Shown here: positions 1 to 9,292 of the stretch, in pieces
Layout of the letters: the number at the start of each line of letters is the position of its first letter
How positions within the stretch are numbered: the first letter of the stretch is position 1
NCBI GenBank assembly: GCA_963663475.2
Contig: CAXXJV010000001.1
Span: 480,001 to 544,000 of the forward strand
Source of the DNA: Candidatus Cloacimonadales bacterium
GTDB lineage: Bacteria; Cloacimonadota; Cloacimonadia; Cloacimonadales; JAFGVF01
DNA length: 64,000 nt
Reading direction: 5' to 3'
Position numbers and translations under genes: made by a program
Notes under the pieces: generated by a model
Seen by the model: only the letters and a program-made list of their open reading frames with translations
Told to the model about the DNA's origin: nothing
The model's database searches: none

Positions 1-2
1 AA

Positions 3-812
3 GTTTTGCAGTAAGATAGTTTTATTAACCTGTTGGCCAGGAACAATAGTTCCAAAATCAAGAGATGATTGATCTAACAAGAGTTCAGGTCCTGGGTTAT
101 CTGTTAGATATGAGATATATAGTCTCATTAAGTTCTTTTTGGTATTTAAGTTTTCACTATCAATAACAGAGGCTACCAAGAAGGAAGAAGCAATTGTCCT
201 GTAATTTCTTGTCTCATTAAAAACTGTTCTAACATGATTATCATTTGATCTAAATAAGACTTGCCCATTAGTAGCTGAAAACCAATTATTATGGATATCA
301 GCGTAAGTATTAACTTGGTGTGCTAGTAACTTACCTTGAGCAAAAGTACCTTCTTGACCTGATAAACTGGATATACCAGTATGAAGCAGACCTTGCCCTT
401 CAAACTCAAGTCCAAAATAACTTAAAAAGTCTGTGCCATCATGATCTTGACCAATATTTACACCTTCGAAATAAACTGCTCCACCATTATCCAAATAGTT
501 TATGAGAGCTTCTTGTTGAGGGGTGTTCACGACACCCGGAGGTGTAAGTCCTCAGGATTCACAGAAAGTGCCATTAGACACAATCACAAGGTCATAATCT
601 GATAGAGAGGTAGTTAGTTCTGGTGCTACTACATTATCTATACCTAATTCTGTAAGGATATTGCCCATAGCATTGGCTGCTGAGCTAGGAAAACCTGTTT
701 CAGCATTAACTATTTGAGCAGTAGGAACTTCATTCTTCCAAATATATACATTTATTGCAGATAATGACAGTAAAGAAAGCATTATCATCAGTATTATTGT
801 TAATCTTTTCAT
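3..812 (-). CDS. Putative secreted selenoprotein: signal peptide, GATase1/ThuA-like alpha/beta domain with CxxU, then an Ig-like domain; truncated by the window edge
   Basis: ATG at 812 behind AGAAAGGAG. The ORF track stops at TGA 552-554, but manual translation stays open to base 3: ...YDLVIVSNGTFCES(TGA)GLTPPGVVNTPQQEALINYLDNGGAVYFEG...LDQSSLDFGTIVPGQQVNKTILLQN. Confidence 0.8.
521..551 (-). promoter_or_regulatory. Candidate bacterial SECIS element
   Basis: Immediately 3' of the UGA: GGACUUACACCUCC-GGGUGU-CGUGA-ACACCC. 6-bp GC-rich stem at +15..+31, loop has G as second base followed by U; locally GC-rich in an AT-rich gene. Confidence 0.6.
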
Positions 813-835
813 GTTTATCTCCTTTCTTATCAAAC

Positions 836-863
836 ATTATATTGTATTTGTAAGAAAATGCAA
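836..863 (-). promoter_or_regulatory. sigma70-type promoter for the CxxU gene
   Basis: TTGCAT-16 nt-TATAAT on the minus strand, 24 nt upstream of ATG 812. Confidence 0.5.
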
Positions 864-870
864 ATTCAAT

Positions 871-2265
871 TTAATTATCTCCGAACAAACCAAACTTTTT
901 AAGCTTCTCATAGAGAGTTTTTCGACTTATCTTCAAACTAGAAGCAGCTGAACTTTTATTGCCTTTATTTGATTTAATTGCATGCTTGATAACTTCTCTT
1001 TCAAATAGCTCAATTTTCTCACTGATAGATATTGGCTTATTTATAATCTCATTCATTAAATTGTTTTCTTTCTCTAAGGTCTTAGCATCACTATGACCAG
1101 AAATTCTTATATGTTCATTATTTAAAGTAGTACCAGAACAGAGTAAAACTGCTTTTTGAATAACATTAATCAATTCTCTAATATTACCAGACCAGTCATG
1201 ATTCTGTAAGATTTCCATTGTTTGAGGAGCTACTTGCTGAACATTTCTCTTTAGTTCTGTGTTAAATTTAGTAATAAAGTGATTAACTAAAAGGGGAATA
1301 TCAGTTTTCCTAGCTTTTAAATCTGGGACCATTAAATCAAAGCCATTAATTCGATGAAAAAGATCTTCTCTAAAACTACCACGAGACACTTCCTCTAATA
1401 GCTTAGCATTTGTAGCTGAGATTAGTCTAACATCAATCTCAATCTCTTGTGTACCCCCAACTTTTCTATAGATCTTATTTTGCAGAACCCTTAAGAGAGA
1501 AGTTTGAGCAGACGAAGAAAGATTACCTATCTCGTCCAAGAAAATTGTCCCTCCCTCAGCCATTTCAAACAAGCCCTTGCTTTCATTATCTGCTCCAGTA
1601 AAAGCCCCTTTCACAGAACCAAACATTTCTTTTTCAAATAGACTATCCTGAATAGCTCCACAATCCACTGCAATAAAGGGACCATCACTGCGGTTGCTAT
1701 TGTAATGAATATACTTAGCTATCTCTTCCTTTCCAGTTCCATTAGAGCCATTGATAATAACATTTATATCAGTTGTAGCGACTAGAGCTGCTTCTTGGAG
1801 TAAATCCTGAAAGTTTTTTGACTGGCCAATAAGATGATAATTTTGCTTAGCCGGATTAGCTACTTTAGTAGATGTCAAAATCTTACTTGAAATCTTTAAA
1901 CTTCCTATTTTTAGAGCTTTATTAATTATTAAATTAAATTGTTCATCTTCAAAAGGCTTAGTAAGGTAGTCTATAGCTCCTAGTTTAATTGCATGGACAG
2001 CATCAGCTATTTGACCAAATGCTGTTAGCATTATTATAGGGTAAGACTTACACTCTCTAGCTAATTTTTCTAATAACTCAAAGCCAGACATTACGGGCAT
2101 TTGATTATCCAAGATAGTTAAGTCTGGATTATGTTGTTCAAGTTTCATATAACCTTCCATACCATTATAGGCATGGTAGAAAGTTATCTGTCTGTTTTTA
2201 CTAAGTAAAGCTTCTAAGACTGTATGAATATCTTGATTATCATCTACTATAAGTACCTTTTTCAT
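871..2265 (-). CDS. sigma54-dependent response regulator, NtrC/AtoC family (REC-AAA+-Fis HTH)
   Basis: VLIVDD and LDNQMP receiver; GSNGTGKE Walker A; GAFTGA; IFLDEIG; C-terminal ISRKTLYEKLKK. Confidence 0.95.
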   Translation of the reverse strand: MKKVLIVDDNQDIHTVLEALLSKNRQITFYHAYNGMEGYMKLEQHNPDLTILDNQMPVMSGFELLEKLARECKSYPIIMLTAFGQIADAVHAIKLGAIDYLTKPFEDEQFNLIINKALKIGSLKISSKILTSTKVANPAKQNYHLIGQSKNFQDLLQEAALVATTDINVIINGSNGTGKEEIAKYIHYNSNRSDGPFIAVDCGAIQDSLFEKEMFGSVKGAFTGADNESKGLFEMAEGGTIFLDEIGNLSSSAQTSLLRVLQNKIYRKVGGTQEIEIDVRLISATNAKLLEEVSRGSFREDLFHRINGFDLMVPDLKARKTDIPLLVNHFITKFNTELKRNVQQVAPQTMEILQNHDWSGNIRELINVIQKAVLLCSGTTLNNEHIRISGHSDAKTLEKENNLMNEIINKPISISEKIELFEREVIKHAIKSNKGNKSSAASSLKISRKTLYEKLKKFGLFGDN

Positions 2266-2286
2266 GATTCTCCTTTAGATTAAGCT

Positions 2287-2372
2287 TTAACCTAAATAAT
2301 AACGTAGACTTTTAGGAAAGCATGATTACTCTTCTGCTGTTCACAAAGGTCTCTTGCATTACTTGGGTTTAA
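2287..2372 (+). mobile_element. Internally deleted copy of the fold-back MITE-like element
   Basis: Left end TTAACCTAAATAATAACGTAGACTTT and right end TTCACAAAGGTCTCTTGCATTACTTGGGTTTAA match the termini of the 16492-16661 copy. Confidence 0.55.
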
Positions 2373-2525
2373 TAACTAAATAAAATAATACTTTGATGTC
2401 AATAAAAAAACAAATGAACTCTTGCCTGATCTAGATTTTTTATTATAATAATAGAGATTGTAATAATTTCTTGACTACTATATAGTCTAAAAAATTATGT
2501 CATAATTACTTAAATAGGAGATTAA

Positions 2526-3785
2526 ATGTCGAAAAAGATAATAATATTATGGGGATTAATACTTTTCACAATTAGTGCAATGGCCCTAAATCAGAAAGAC
2601 TTTATAAGAGAATATCAAGATAGACAAGTTGTTGAAATTACAGTAAATGGACTTAAAAGAACCAGTGAGAAAACTTTCCTAAACTGGCTAGAAATTGAAA
2701 CAGGTAAAAAAGTTTCTGAATATGATTTAAATTACATCTTTAAAAGAATTGACGATAAGGGAATTTTTGCTCTTGAAAAAAGTGTTGAGTTCTTTCCTAC
2801 TGATAACCAAGCCCTTATGATTATAAGTGTTGCTGAGAAATTTTCCCTCTTTGCTGTACCTTTCTTCAACTCTGTAGATGGTGATAAAATGTATGGTGGA
2901 GCAGCCCTAGACAGTAACTTCTTAGGCTATGGAGCAACCTTACTAGGTGTTGGTGCTTTCAGTAAAAAGGATGTGACAACTTTCCTACTACTCACCCAAG
3001 ATGAAATGATAAATAACCAATATGCAGGTAAAATTATCCTTAATTATCGTACCAATGAGATAGAAATGACCGATATCTATGACAATGACCCCTACTATGA
3101 AAGTAAGCAAAAAACAATAAACCTAGGGGCAAGTATTGGGAAAAAATTCTTTGATAAGAAACTTACTATCGGACCTGATCTGGAATGGCAGAAAATTAAA
3201 ATGGATAATGAAGATAATAATCCAGAGAAAGATGCTAACTTAATCTTTCCAGGCTTACTTATGACCTATGATAACACTAATCAAAATTTCGTTTTTAGAG
3301 ATGGTTTTAAGGCAGAATCACTTACATCAAGCGTCTTCTCATTAGATGATAACTATGATAACTTCTTCCGTTCTTACACTAAATTATCTTATTCCACAAC
3401 TTATGATTCTAAGATTAATTTTACTTTAAAAAATACCTTTGGTTTGTTTGATAGACCTGATAATGCTGAAGAAGTTCTCAGTACTTACCACGGAACTAAA
3501 TCACTTCCCAACATGCAAGTATGGGCTGATGATTGGGTTAACGGAGCTTTTATAGTAGAACATACTTTGATAAGTAAACATAAACTAAACCCTACAATGT
3601 CATACTATTATGAAGGGGGTTATTATAACAATGATGGACTTAATGAAAAATATCATGGAATAGGAAGCGAGTTTAAAGTCTATTTCGATAAAGTAGCAAT
3701 CCCTGCTATAGGTCTCGGTCTAGCCTATAATTTCACCAATGAATCTACTATCCTAACCTTTAGCTTTGGCATGGGTGGGGAATAA
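2526..3785 (+). CDS. Small Omp85/BamA-TamA-like outer membrane protein (single POTRA plus barrel)
   Basis: Signal peptide; VVEITVNGLKRT POTRA-like start; D-x-NFLGYG barrel-entry motif; amphipathic beta strands at the C-terminus. Confidence 0.6.
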   Translation: MSKKIIILWGLILFTISAMALNQKDFIREYQDRQVVEITVNGLKRTSEKTFLNWLEIETGKKVSEYDLNYIFKRIDDKGIFALEKSVEFFPTDNQALMIISVAEKFSLFAVPFFNSVDGDKMYGGAALDSNFLGYGATLLGVGAFSKKDVTTFLLLTQDEMINNQYAGKIILNYRTNEIEMTDIYDNDPYYESKQKTINLGASIGKKFFDKKLTIGPDLEWQKIKMDNEDNNPEKDANLIFPGLLMTYDNTNQNFVFRDGFKAESLTSSVFSLDDNYDNFFRSYTKLSYSTTYDSKINFTLKNTFGLFDRPDNAEEVLSTYHGTKSLPNMQVWADDWVNGAFIVEHTLISKHKLNPTMSYYYEGGYYNNDGLNEKYHGIGSEFKVYFDKVAIPAIGLGLAYNFTNESTILTFSFGMGGE

Positions 3786-3792
3786 GATTTAC

Positions 3793-4881
3793 TTAGGAAT
3801 GACTTTCCAAAGGTAAAGAAAAATAGAAAGTAGAACCTTTATCTAACTGACTTACTAACCAGATTTTCCCCTCATGGGCTGTGATTATCTGTTTAGATAT
3901 TGCTAACCCCAGTCCAGTTGATTGCTCATTGATTAAGGTGCTTGATCTAGCTTTTTTGAAAGGCTCAAAAATTAAGCCAAGTTCACTCTCATCAATACCA
4001 AAACCTTGGTCTTTACAAGAGAATATTAAGTTTGTACTATTAACTATGCAGGCAATTTCTATTTCTGAATTAGTTGGGGAATATTTAATAGCATTAGAGA
4101 TAAAGTTACTTATAACTTGCTGAATTTTATTCTTATCAATATTTACATAAAGGCCTTTCGGGGCCTTATAACCTGTTACTTGAATAGACTTCTTAGCCCC
4201 AAGGGTACTAGCCCATTTGATATTTTCAGCATATAAATCGTAAAAGTCAATAAGCTCTTTATTGAGAGATACTTTACCTGACTCTAAATATGTTAAATCT
4301 AGAAGTTCCTCAACTAGACCTAGCATGAATTTAGCTGTTGAGTTTATATCTGCAATAAATTCAAGTTTTTCTTCATCTAAGCTATCCTGGCAATCTTCAA
4401 GCAGAAGCTGACTATAACTATAAATAACGGATATTGGATTTCTTAAATCATGGGCTGCTACACCTACTAACCTGTTTTTCAGTTCATTAACCTTGATCAA
4501 TTCTTTATTCTTTTTATTCAGGGCTTTTTGAGTTAAGATAAGTTCATTATTGATACTTGTTAAACTCCCGAAGAGTCCATAATAATCGCTTTCTTCTTGT
4601 TCAGCTAAAATAAGGTAATAATCTTCAACAGCAATACTCTTGAAATATAGAAGAAGGAAGTTTTGACCAGCAGGGACATATAACTCATACTCTGAATATG
4701 ATTCTTCATCAGTTTTCTGGGCTTGAAGAAAAAAAGCTTGGGCTTTTTCATATGTAGCTTGGTCAAATAGTTCAACAAACTTCTGCCCTTTTTGAACTTC
4801 TAACTGAGGTGATTTATTGAAGATTATTTCTTGGATAATGCCTAGGTGACTACACTTTAGAGCGAGTATGGCTTTTCTCAT
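3793..4881 (-). CDS. Cytoplasmic sensor histidine kinase (HisKA + HATPase_c) with PAS-like N-terminus
   Basis: AAHDLRNP H-box; NFISNAIKY N-box; DQGFGI; STGLGLAI; no transmembrane segment. Confidence 0.93.
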   Translation of the reverse strand: MRKAILALKCSHLGIIQEIIFNKSPQLEVQKGQKFVELFDQATYEKAQAFFLQAQKTDEESYSEYELYVPAGQNFLLLYFKSIAVEDYYLILAEQEESDYYGLFGSLTSINNELILTQKALNKKNKELIKVNELKNRLVGVAAHDLRNPISVIYSYSQLLLEDCQDSLDEEKLEFIADINSTAKFMLGLVEELLDLTYLESGKVSLNKELIDFYDLYAENIKWASTLGAKKSIQVTGYKAPKGLYVNIDKNKIQQVISNFISNAIKYSPTNSEIEIACIVNSTNLIFSCKDQGFGIDESELGLIFEPFKKARSSTLINEQSTGLGLAISKQIITAHEGKIWLVSQLDKGSTFYFSLPLESHS

Positions 4882-4882
4882 A

Positions 4883-5947
4883 TCATCCTGCCACTTTCAA
4901 GAGTTTGTCTGCAAATCTTATAGCATGGTCTGGATCAGTAGCCCAACCATCAGCACCTACCTTTTTCCATAAAGTCTTATCATTGTTAAAAGGGTAACCA
5001 CCAACCATTATTGGAGTTTTTATACCCTCATTTCTTATCTTCTGAATAAGCTTAGATAGCTTATCAAGATGAAAAACAACCGTAACAGAAAGAGCAATTA
5101 AATCAGGTTTCTTATTCTTAATCATAGTAATTATCTCATTATCTGGTAGGTTAGAACCTAAAAACCAAGTATCCCACCCTTCTATCTCAAAAATATCAGT
5201 AAGCATCCTAAGTCCTATTTCATGTAATTCTCCACTAATGCAAGAAGCTACAAGAGTTTTATTCTCTTGTTTATCGCTTAAAATATAGGGATATATTTGG
5301 GAAATCACTAATTGAATAAGACTTGTAATATAGTGTTCTTGAGCTATACTTATCTTGTTACTGTGCCAGAGATGACCAACCTCATATTGAACTTTTTGTA
5401 AAACATCTAAGTAAATCACTTTAATAGGGACTCCTTGCTTAACCAGTGAGAGAATTAGTTTAGAGGCATCATGTCTCTTGCCTGCTAAAGCGAAAGAGAG
5501 AAATTCTAAAGCATATTTACTATAAGGATTTGCTGGATCAATATAGCTTACATCATCAGATACTTCACTTTTAAGTTCGTCTATTCCTTGATTAATGAAA
5601 TCATTTATGAGCTTATGATATTCAATAGGTAGATTTTGATTTAAAATTAATTTCATAGCTCTAAAATTCTCAATCAGAGAAACTGAAGACATCCCTAAAT
5701 CTTGCATTAACTTCTTAAGCCATTTAGCATAGGAAACAAAAACTCCAGGAGAATTTAATTCTATTGCTTGACTAAGATAAGATAAGGTATAACCAATATC
5801 TTTGAGACTAGCCTCTCTTCTCTTTTCACTTTGGGGGCCTTTAGTATATGGTGCTATATCAAACTGCTTCTTCAATATCAGTGGTCTCAAACTATTATTC
5901 AATTCGTCTATCTGTACTTTTAGCTCTTCATTCAATTTATTAAGCAT
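4883..5947 (-). CDS. Cobalamin-binding protein: globin/phycobiliprotein-like N-domain, four-helix cap and B12-binding Rossmann domain
   Basis: W-x9-EH (WHSNKISIAQEH); E-x-H-x-x-G (GELHEIG); IALSVT; MVGG; KVGADG; stop is 1 nt from the kinase ATG. Confidence 0.88.
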   Translation of the reverse strand: MLNKLNEELKVQIDELNNSLRPLILKKQFDIAPYTKGPQSEKRREASLKDIGYTLSYLSQAIELNSPGVFVSYAKWLKKLMQDLGMSSVSLIENFRAMKLILNQNLPIEYHKLINDFINQGIDELKSEVSDDVSYIDPANPYSKYALEFLSFALAGKRHDASKLILSLVKQGVPIKVIYLDVLQKVQYEVGHLWHSNKISIAQEHYITSLIQLVISQIYPYILSDKQENKTLVASCISGELHEIGLRMLTDIFEIEGWDTWFLGSNLPDNEIITMIKNKKPDLIALSVTVVFHLDKLSKLIQKIRNEGIKTPIMVGGYPFNNDKTLWKKVGADGWATDPDHAIRFADKLLKVAG

Positions 5948-6079
5948 AATACTCCCCTAATTGCTTTTTAAAATAATAACTAAGAAGTTGATAAATGCAA
6001 TATTTATTTATAAAATATTCTTGATAATTTGAATTATATTGACAGTTCTGAGGAGATAAATAAAGTAGTTTTAAATGTG

Positions 6080-6235
6080 TAGCTCAATGGTGCAAGAGTA
6101 AAAGGGAATCCCGTTAGAATCGGGAACGGTCTTCGCCACTGTAAGTAGCAATTATGAGTAATAGGTGTCACTGGATTTATTCTGGGAAGGCACTTATAAT
6201 AACTCGCTACAAGTCAGGAAACCTGCCACTGAGTC
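6080..6235 (+). ncRNA. Cobalamin riboswitch
   Basis: AAAAGGGAATCCCGTTAGAATCGGGAACGGTCTTCGCCACTGTAA ... GTCACTGG ... CTGGGAAGG ... AAGTCAGGAAACCTGCC (B12 box), upstream of B12-uptake-like genes. Confidence 0.93.
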
Positions 6236-6343
6236 CGTAATGATTGCGAAGTACAATCTAATATGACGGTTCTTCTTCTAAACAAGAATTTAAAAATACT
6301 ACTATACTATTTGAGTTACACAAGTAAAATATTTAGAGGATAA

Positions 6344-7111
6344 ATGATACACATTAAGAATCTCAAAGCAGGTTACCTAGATAAAGAAATCTTTACTAGT
6401 TTAGATGTTAGCTTTTCTCCATCCGAGTTTGTCTCGATATTAGGACCTAATGGGGCTGGGAAATCAACCTTACTCAAACTTATCAATGGCTTTCTTAAAG
6501 TTGAAGCAGGAGAGATATTAATATCTGGCAAAGATGTAAGCAAGTGGAAGCAGGAAGAATTAGCTAAAGTAGTTACCTATATACCTCAAGAGAATTATAT
6601 TCAATATAATTTTACAGTAGAAGAAATTATTCTTATGGGTAGATATCCCTTTATTTCGCTTTGGCAAGACTATTCGGGACAGGATAGAGCTATTGTGGAC
6701 AAGATTATCCAAGACCTAGACCTTGTCCACTTAAGAACTAAATTCATAAATCAGCTGAGTGGTGGTGAGAAACAGAGAACACTTATTGCTAGAGCTATTG
6801 CCCAAGATTCTGATTACATATTACTTGATGAGACTTTTTCTCATTTAGATATCAACCACCAAATTGAAATTTTAAATATAATGAAGGATTTACACCAAAT
6901 AAAGGGTAAATCTATAATTATGGTATCTCATAATATCAATTTAGCAGCCAACTATTCTCAACGTATGATAGCCTTAAAGTCTGGCCAACTTATAGCTGAT
7001 GGTAGCCCTGAAAGTGTGATTACTTCAGAAAACCTGCAAAAGCTTTTTGGTATCAAGCTAGGTGTTGTTACAAATCCTTTAACTAATAAACCTAATATAA
7101 TCTACCCATGA
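6344..7111 (+). CDS. Cobalamin/iron-chelate ABC transporter ATP-binding protein (BtuD/FepC-like)
   Basis: GPNGAGKS; LSGGEKQR; ILLDE; SHLDINHQ; directly behind the cobalamin riboswitch. Confidence 0.92.
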   Translation: MIHIKNLKAGYLDKEIFTSLDVSFSPSEFVSILGPNGAGKSTLLKLINGFLKVEAGEILISGKDVSKWKQEELAKVVTYIPQENYIQYNFTVEEIILMGRYPFISLWQDYSGQDRAIVDKIIQDLDLVHLRTKFINQLSGGEKQRTLIARAIAQDSDYILLDETFSHLDINHQIEILNIMKDLHQIKGKSIIMVSHNINLAANYSQRMIALKSGQLIADGSPESVITSENLQKLFGIKLGVVTNPLTNKPNIIYP

Positions 7112-9279
7112 TGAAAATAATTACTTTCATTATTATCTTTATCTTAAGCCTCAGTTCAAGTCTTATCGCTGAGATTTACCAGGGTTATGTATATGACCAA
7201 AATAAAAGGCCCTTGCAAGAAGTCTTAGTCATTCATGGTCAGAATTCTACTTTTTCCCAAGAAAATGGCTACTTTAAACTTAACTCTAAAGCTGAAGCAG
7301 ATTCTCTAATAATCTATTATGCATTTCATGAGATTATTAAAATCAATAAACGAGATTTTACTAAAGTAATGAATTTTACTATGTTACCTTTAGATATTGA
7401 GTTAGATTCTTTTACCTTTACAACCAAAAGAAAGAACAATCAGCTGCCAAATTCTCAAGAGATGGTAAGAATTTCTTTAAAAGATAAGCCTAAAGAAAGT
7501 AATAATCTTGCCCAAGTAATTACTCAAGACAAGAGTATTAAGCTTGAGGGAGTTCAGCTTGCAGGAGAAAAACAAACTGCTTCAATCTTAGGTCAAAGTT
7601 CAAGGCATACCTTGGTCATGTTAGATGGAATACCATTAAATAACAGTGGAGAAGATTTTGATTTAGCTTCTATTCCAGTAGAATTGGTAGATGAAGTTGA
7701 GATCTACAAGAACAATGTTTCTTCTCTGAGTGGTGGTGGTGGTATGGCAGGGGTGATTAATATTAAGACGAGAAAATCTTCAAATAACTCAAATAGTGAA
7801 TTCTCCCTTAATAGAAATGATGGTAGCTATAATTTCCATAAAGTATCACTTACAAGTGGCTTTAACATAGCTAATACTTCGGTATATGCAGTCTTCTCTA
7901 AGCAAAAGTCTGATAATAATTTTAAGTATAAGATAAAAAAAGGCAATGCTTGGAAAAAACTTACTAGAGAAAACAATTCAAAAGAATCTAAAAATGCAAT
8001 GCTGAATCTGGCAAGTAAGTTTTCCTATTTTGATTTTTATTATAGCGGAAACTTGAGTCAATATGATAACCAACTTCCAGGACCTACTAATTATCTAGAC
8101 CTCTATAATGGTGCTTTTATTGAGGGATATGACCTATATAATAATTTCAAACTTCAAAAAAGCATTAGATCTCTAACTAATACTCTTGAAGTTTATTTCT
8201 TGAATAAAGATTCAGAATATAAAAACCTGAAGCCCAACATTCCTTTAACAAAGGCAGATAATCATTCAGAAAACAAACGAAGGGGAATAAAATTAAAGAA
8301 TTCTTTAAGTTTAGATAAATGGGAAATCTCACTAGTTAATAGTCAGCTTGTTGAATCCTATTCACACAGCAATAAGTTCCAACCTGCTTCTAATATTGAG
8401 GAAAGGTTCCAATACTCTTATGCTAGTAGCTTGGTAAGTCAGTATAGCGATAATCACCAACTCTTCAATTATAATCTTATCAGTTCTCTGCGCTATGATA
8501 AACATAACCGCTTTGATGATTTTGTTACTTATAGACTTAGCGGAGATATTAGCTATGATCATATAATCAAGCCCAGTCTGCTCTTTAGTTATGGTAGCAG
8601 TTTTACCTTCCCGTCCTTTTATAGTCTCTACTGGAAGGGAGATTCTCATGCTGTTGGTAATCCTGATCTACGTCCAGAAGAGTCTCAAGGCTATCAAATT
8701 GGACTTACCTTAGAGTATTCTACTTTGGTTTTAAAGATGAATCATTCTTTAAACGAGATAGATAATCTAATTCAGTGGGTAGAAGTTCAACTACAAGGAA
8801 AAGTATGGAAACCTTTAAACATTGGTTCAAGCCAAATAGCTAATTATGAGTTGGAAGCAAATTGGGAAGTAACAAAGAATTTGAGACTTTCATCAAAAGT
8901 TCTTTTTACAGATACAAAAAATAAGACTAGAAAAGAAGATGGTTCTCCTTCTAGTTATTATGGGAAAGAACTTGTTTATATTCCTGACTATAGTATAAAT
9001 CTTGCAGCAGAGTATAGCTATAACAAGTATAATTTCAAAATTGATTACAATAAAACTGGCCCTCAATGGATAACTCAAGATAACCTAAAAGATCCACTTG
9101 CTAGCTATGAACTAGTTAACCTTTCCCTGTCAAAAGTAATTAGTCATAATAATTTTGAGCACAACTTGAATCTAAAACTAAATAATCTTTTAAATAAGTA
9201 TTATGAAATTTATAGCTATAATCCTCAGGCCCCCTTCAATTACAGCCTAGGCTACACAATCAAATATTATCTAAAATAA
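7108..9279 (+). CDS. TonB-dependent receptor, probably cobalamin (BtuB-like)
   Basis: Signal peptide; plug motif TLVMLDGIPLN...VEIYK...GGMAGVINIKT; GNPDLRPE; NNLLNKYY; riboswitch context. Confidence 0.88.
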   Translation: MMKIITFIIIFILSLSSSLIAEIYQGYVYDQNKRPLQEVLVIHGQNSTFSQENGYFKLNSKAEADSLIIYYAFHEIIKINKRDFTKVMNFTMLPLDIELDSFTFTTKRKNNQLPNSQEMVRISLKDKPKESNNLAQVITQDKSIKLEGVQLAGEKQTASILGQSSRHTLVMLDGIPLNNSGEDFDLASIPVELVDEVEIYKNNVSSLSGGGGMAGVINIKTRKSSNNSNSEFSLNRNDGSYNFHKVSLTSGFNIANTSVYAVFSKQKSDNNFKYKIKKGNAWKKLTRENNSKESKNAMLNLASKFSYFDFYYSGNLSQYDNQLPGPTNYLDLYNGAFIEGYDLYNNFKLQKSIRSLTNTLEVYFLNKDSEYKNLKPNIPLTKADNHSENKRRGIKLKNSLSLDKWEISLVNSQLVESYSHSNKFQPASNIEERFQYSYASSLVSQYSDNHQLFNYNLISSLRYDKHNRFDDFVTYRLSGDISYDHIIKPSLLFSYGSSFTFPSFYSLYWKGDSHAVGNPDLRPEESQGYQIGLTLEYSTLVLKMNHSLNEIDNLIQWVEVQLQGKVWKPLNIGSSQIANYELEANWEVTKNLRLSSKVLFTDTKNKTRKEDGSPSSYYGKELVYIPDYSINLAAEYSYNKYNFKIDYNKTGPQWITQDNLKDPLASYELVNLSLSKVISHNNFEHNLNLKLNNLLNKYYEIYSYNPQAPFNYSLGYTIKYYLK

Positions 9280-9292
9280 AAAGGAGAAGAAG

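Noticed and set aside
320-505. 61-aa plus-strand ORF
   Set aside because: Antisense to the read-through part of the CxxU gene.
552-554. TGA as evidence of genetic code 4 or 25
   Set aside because: Many genes here end properly at TGA (for example 7111, 18172, 33056, 60002) and Trp is encoded by TGG.
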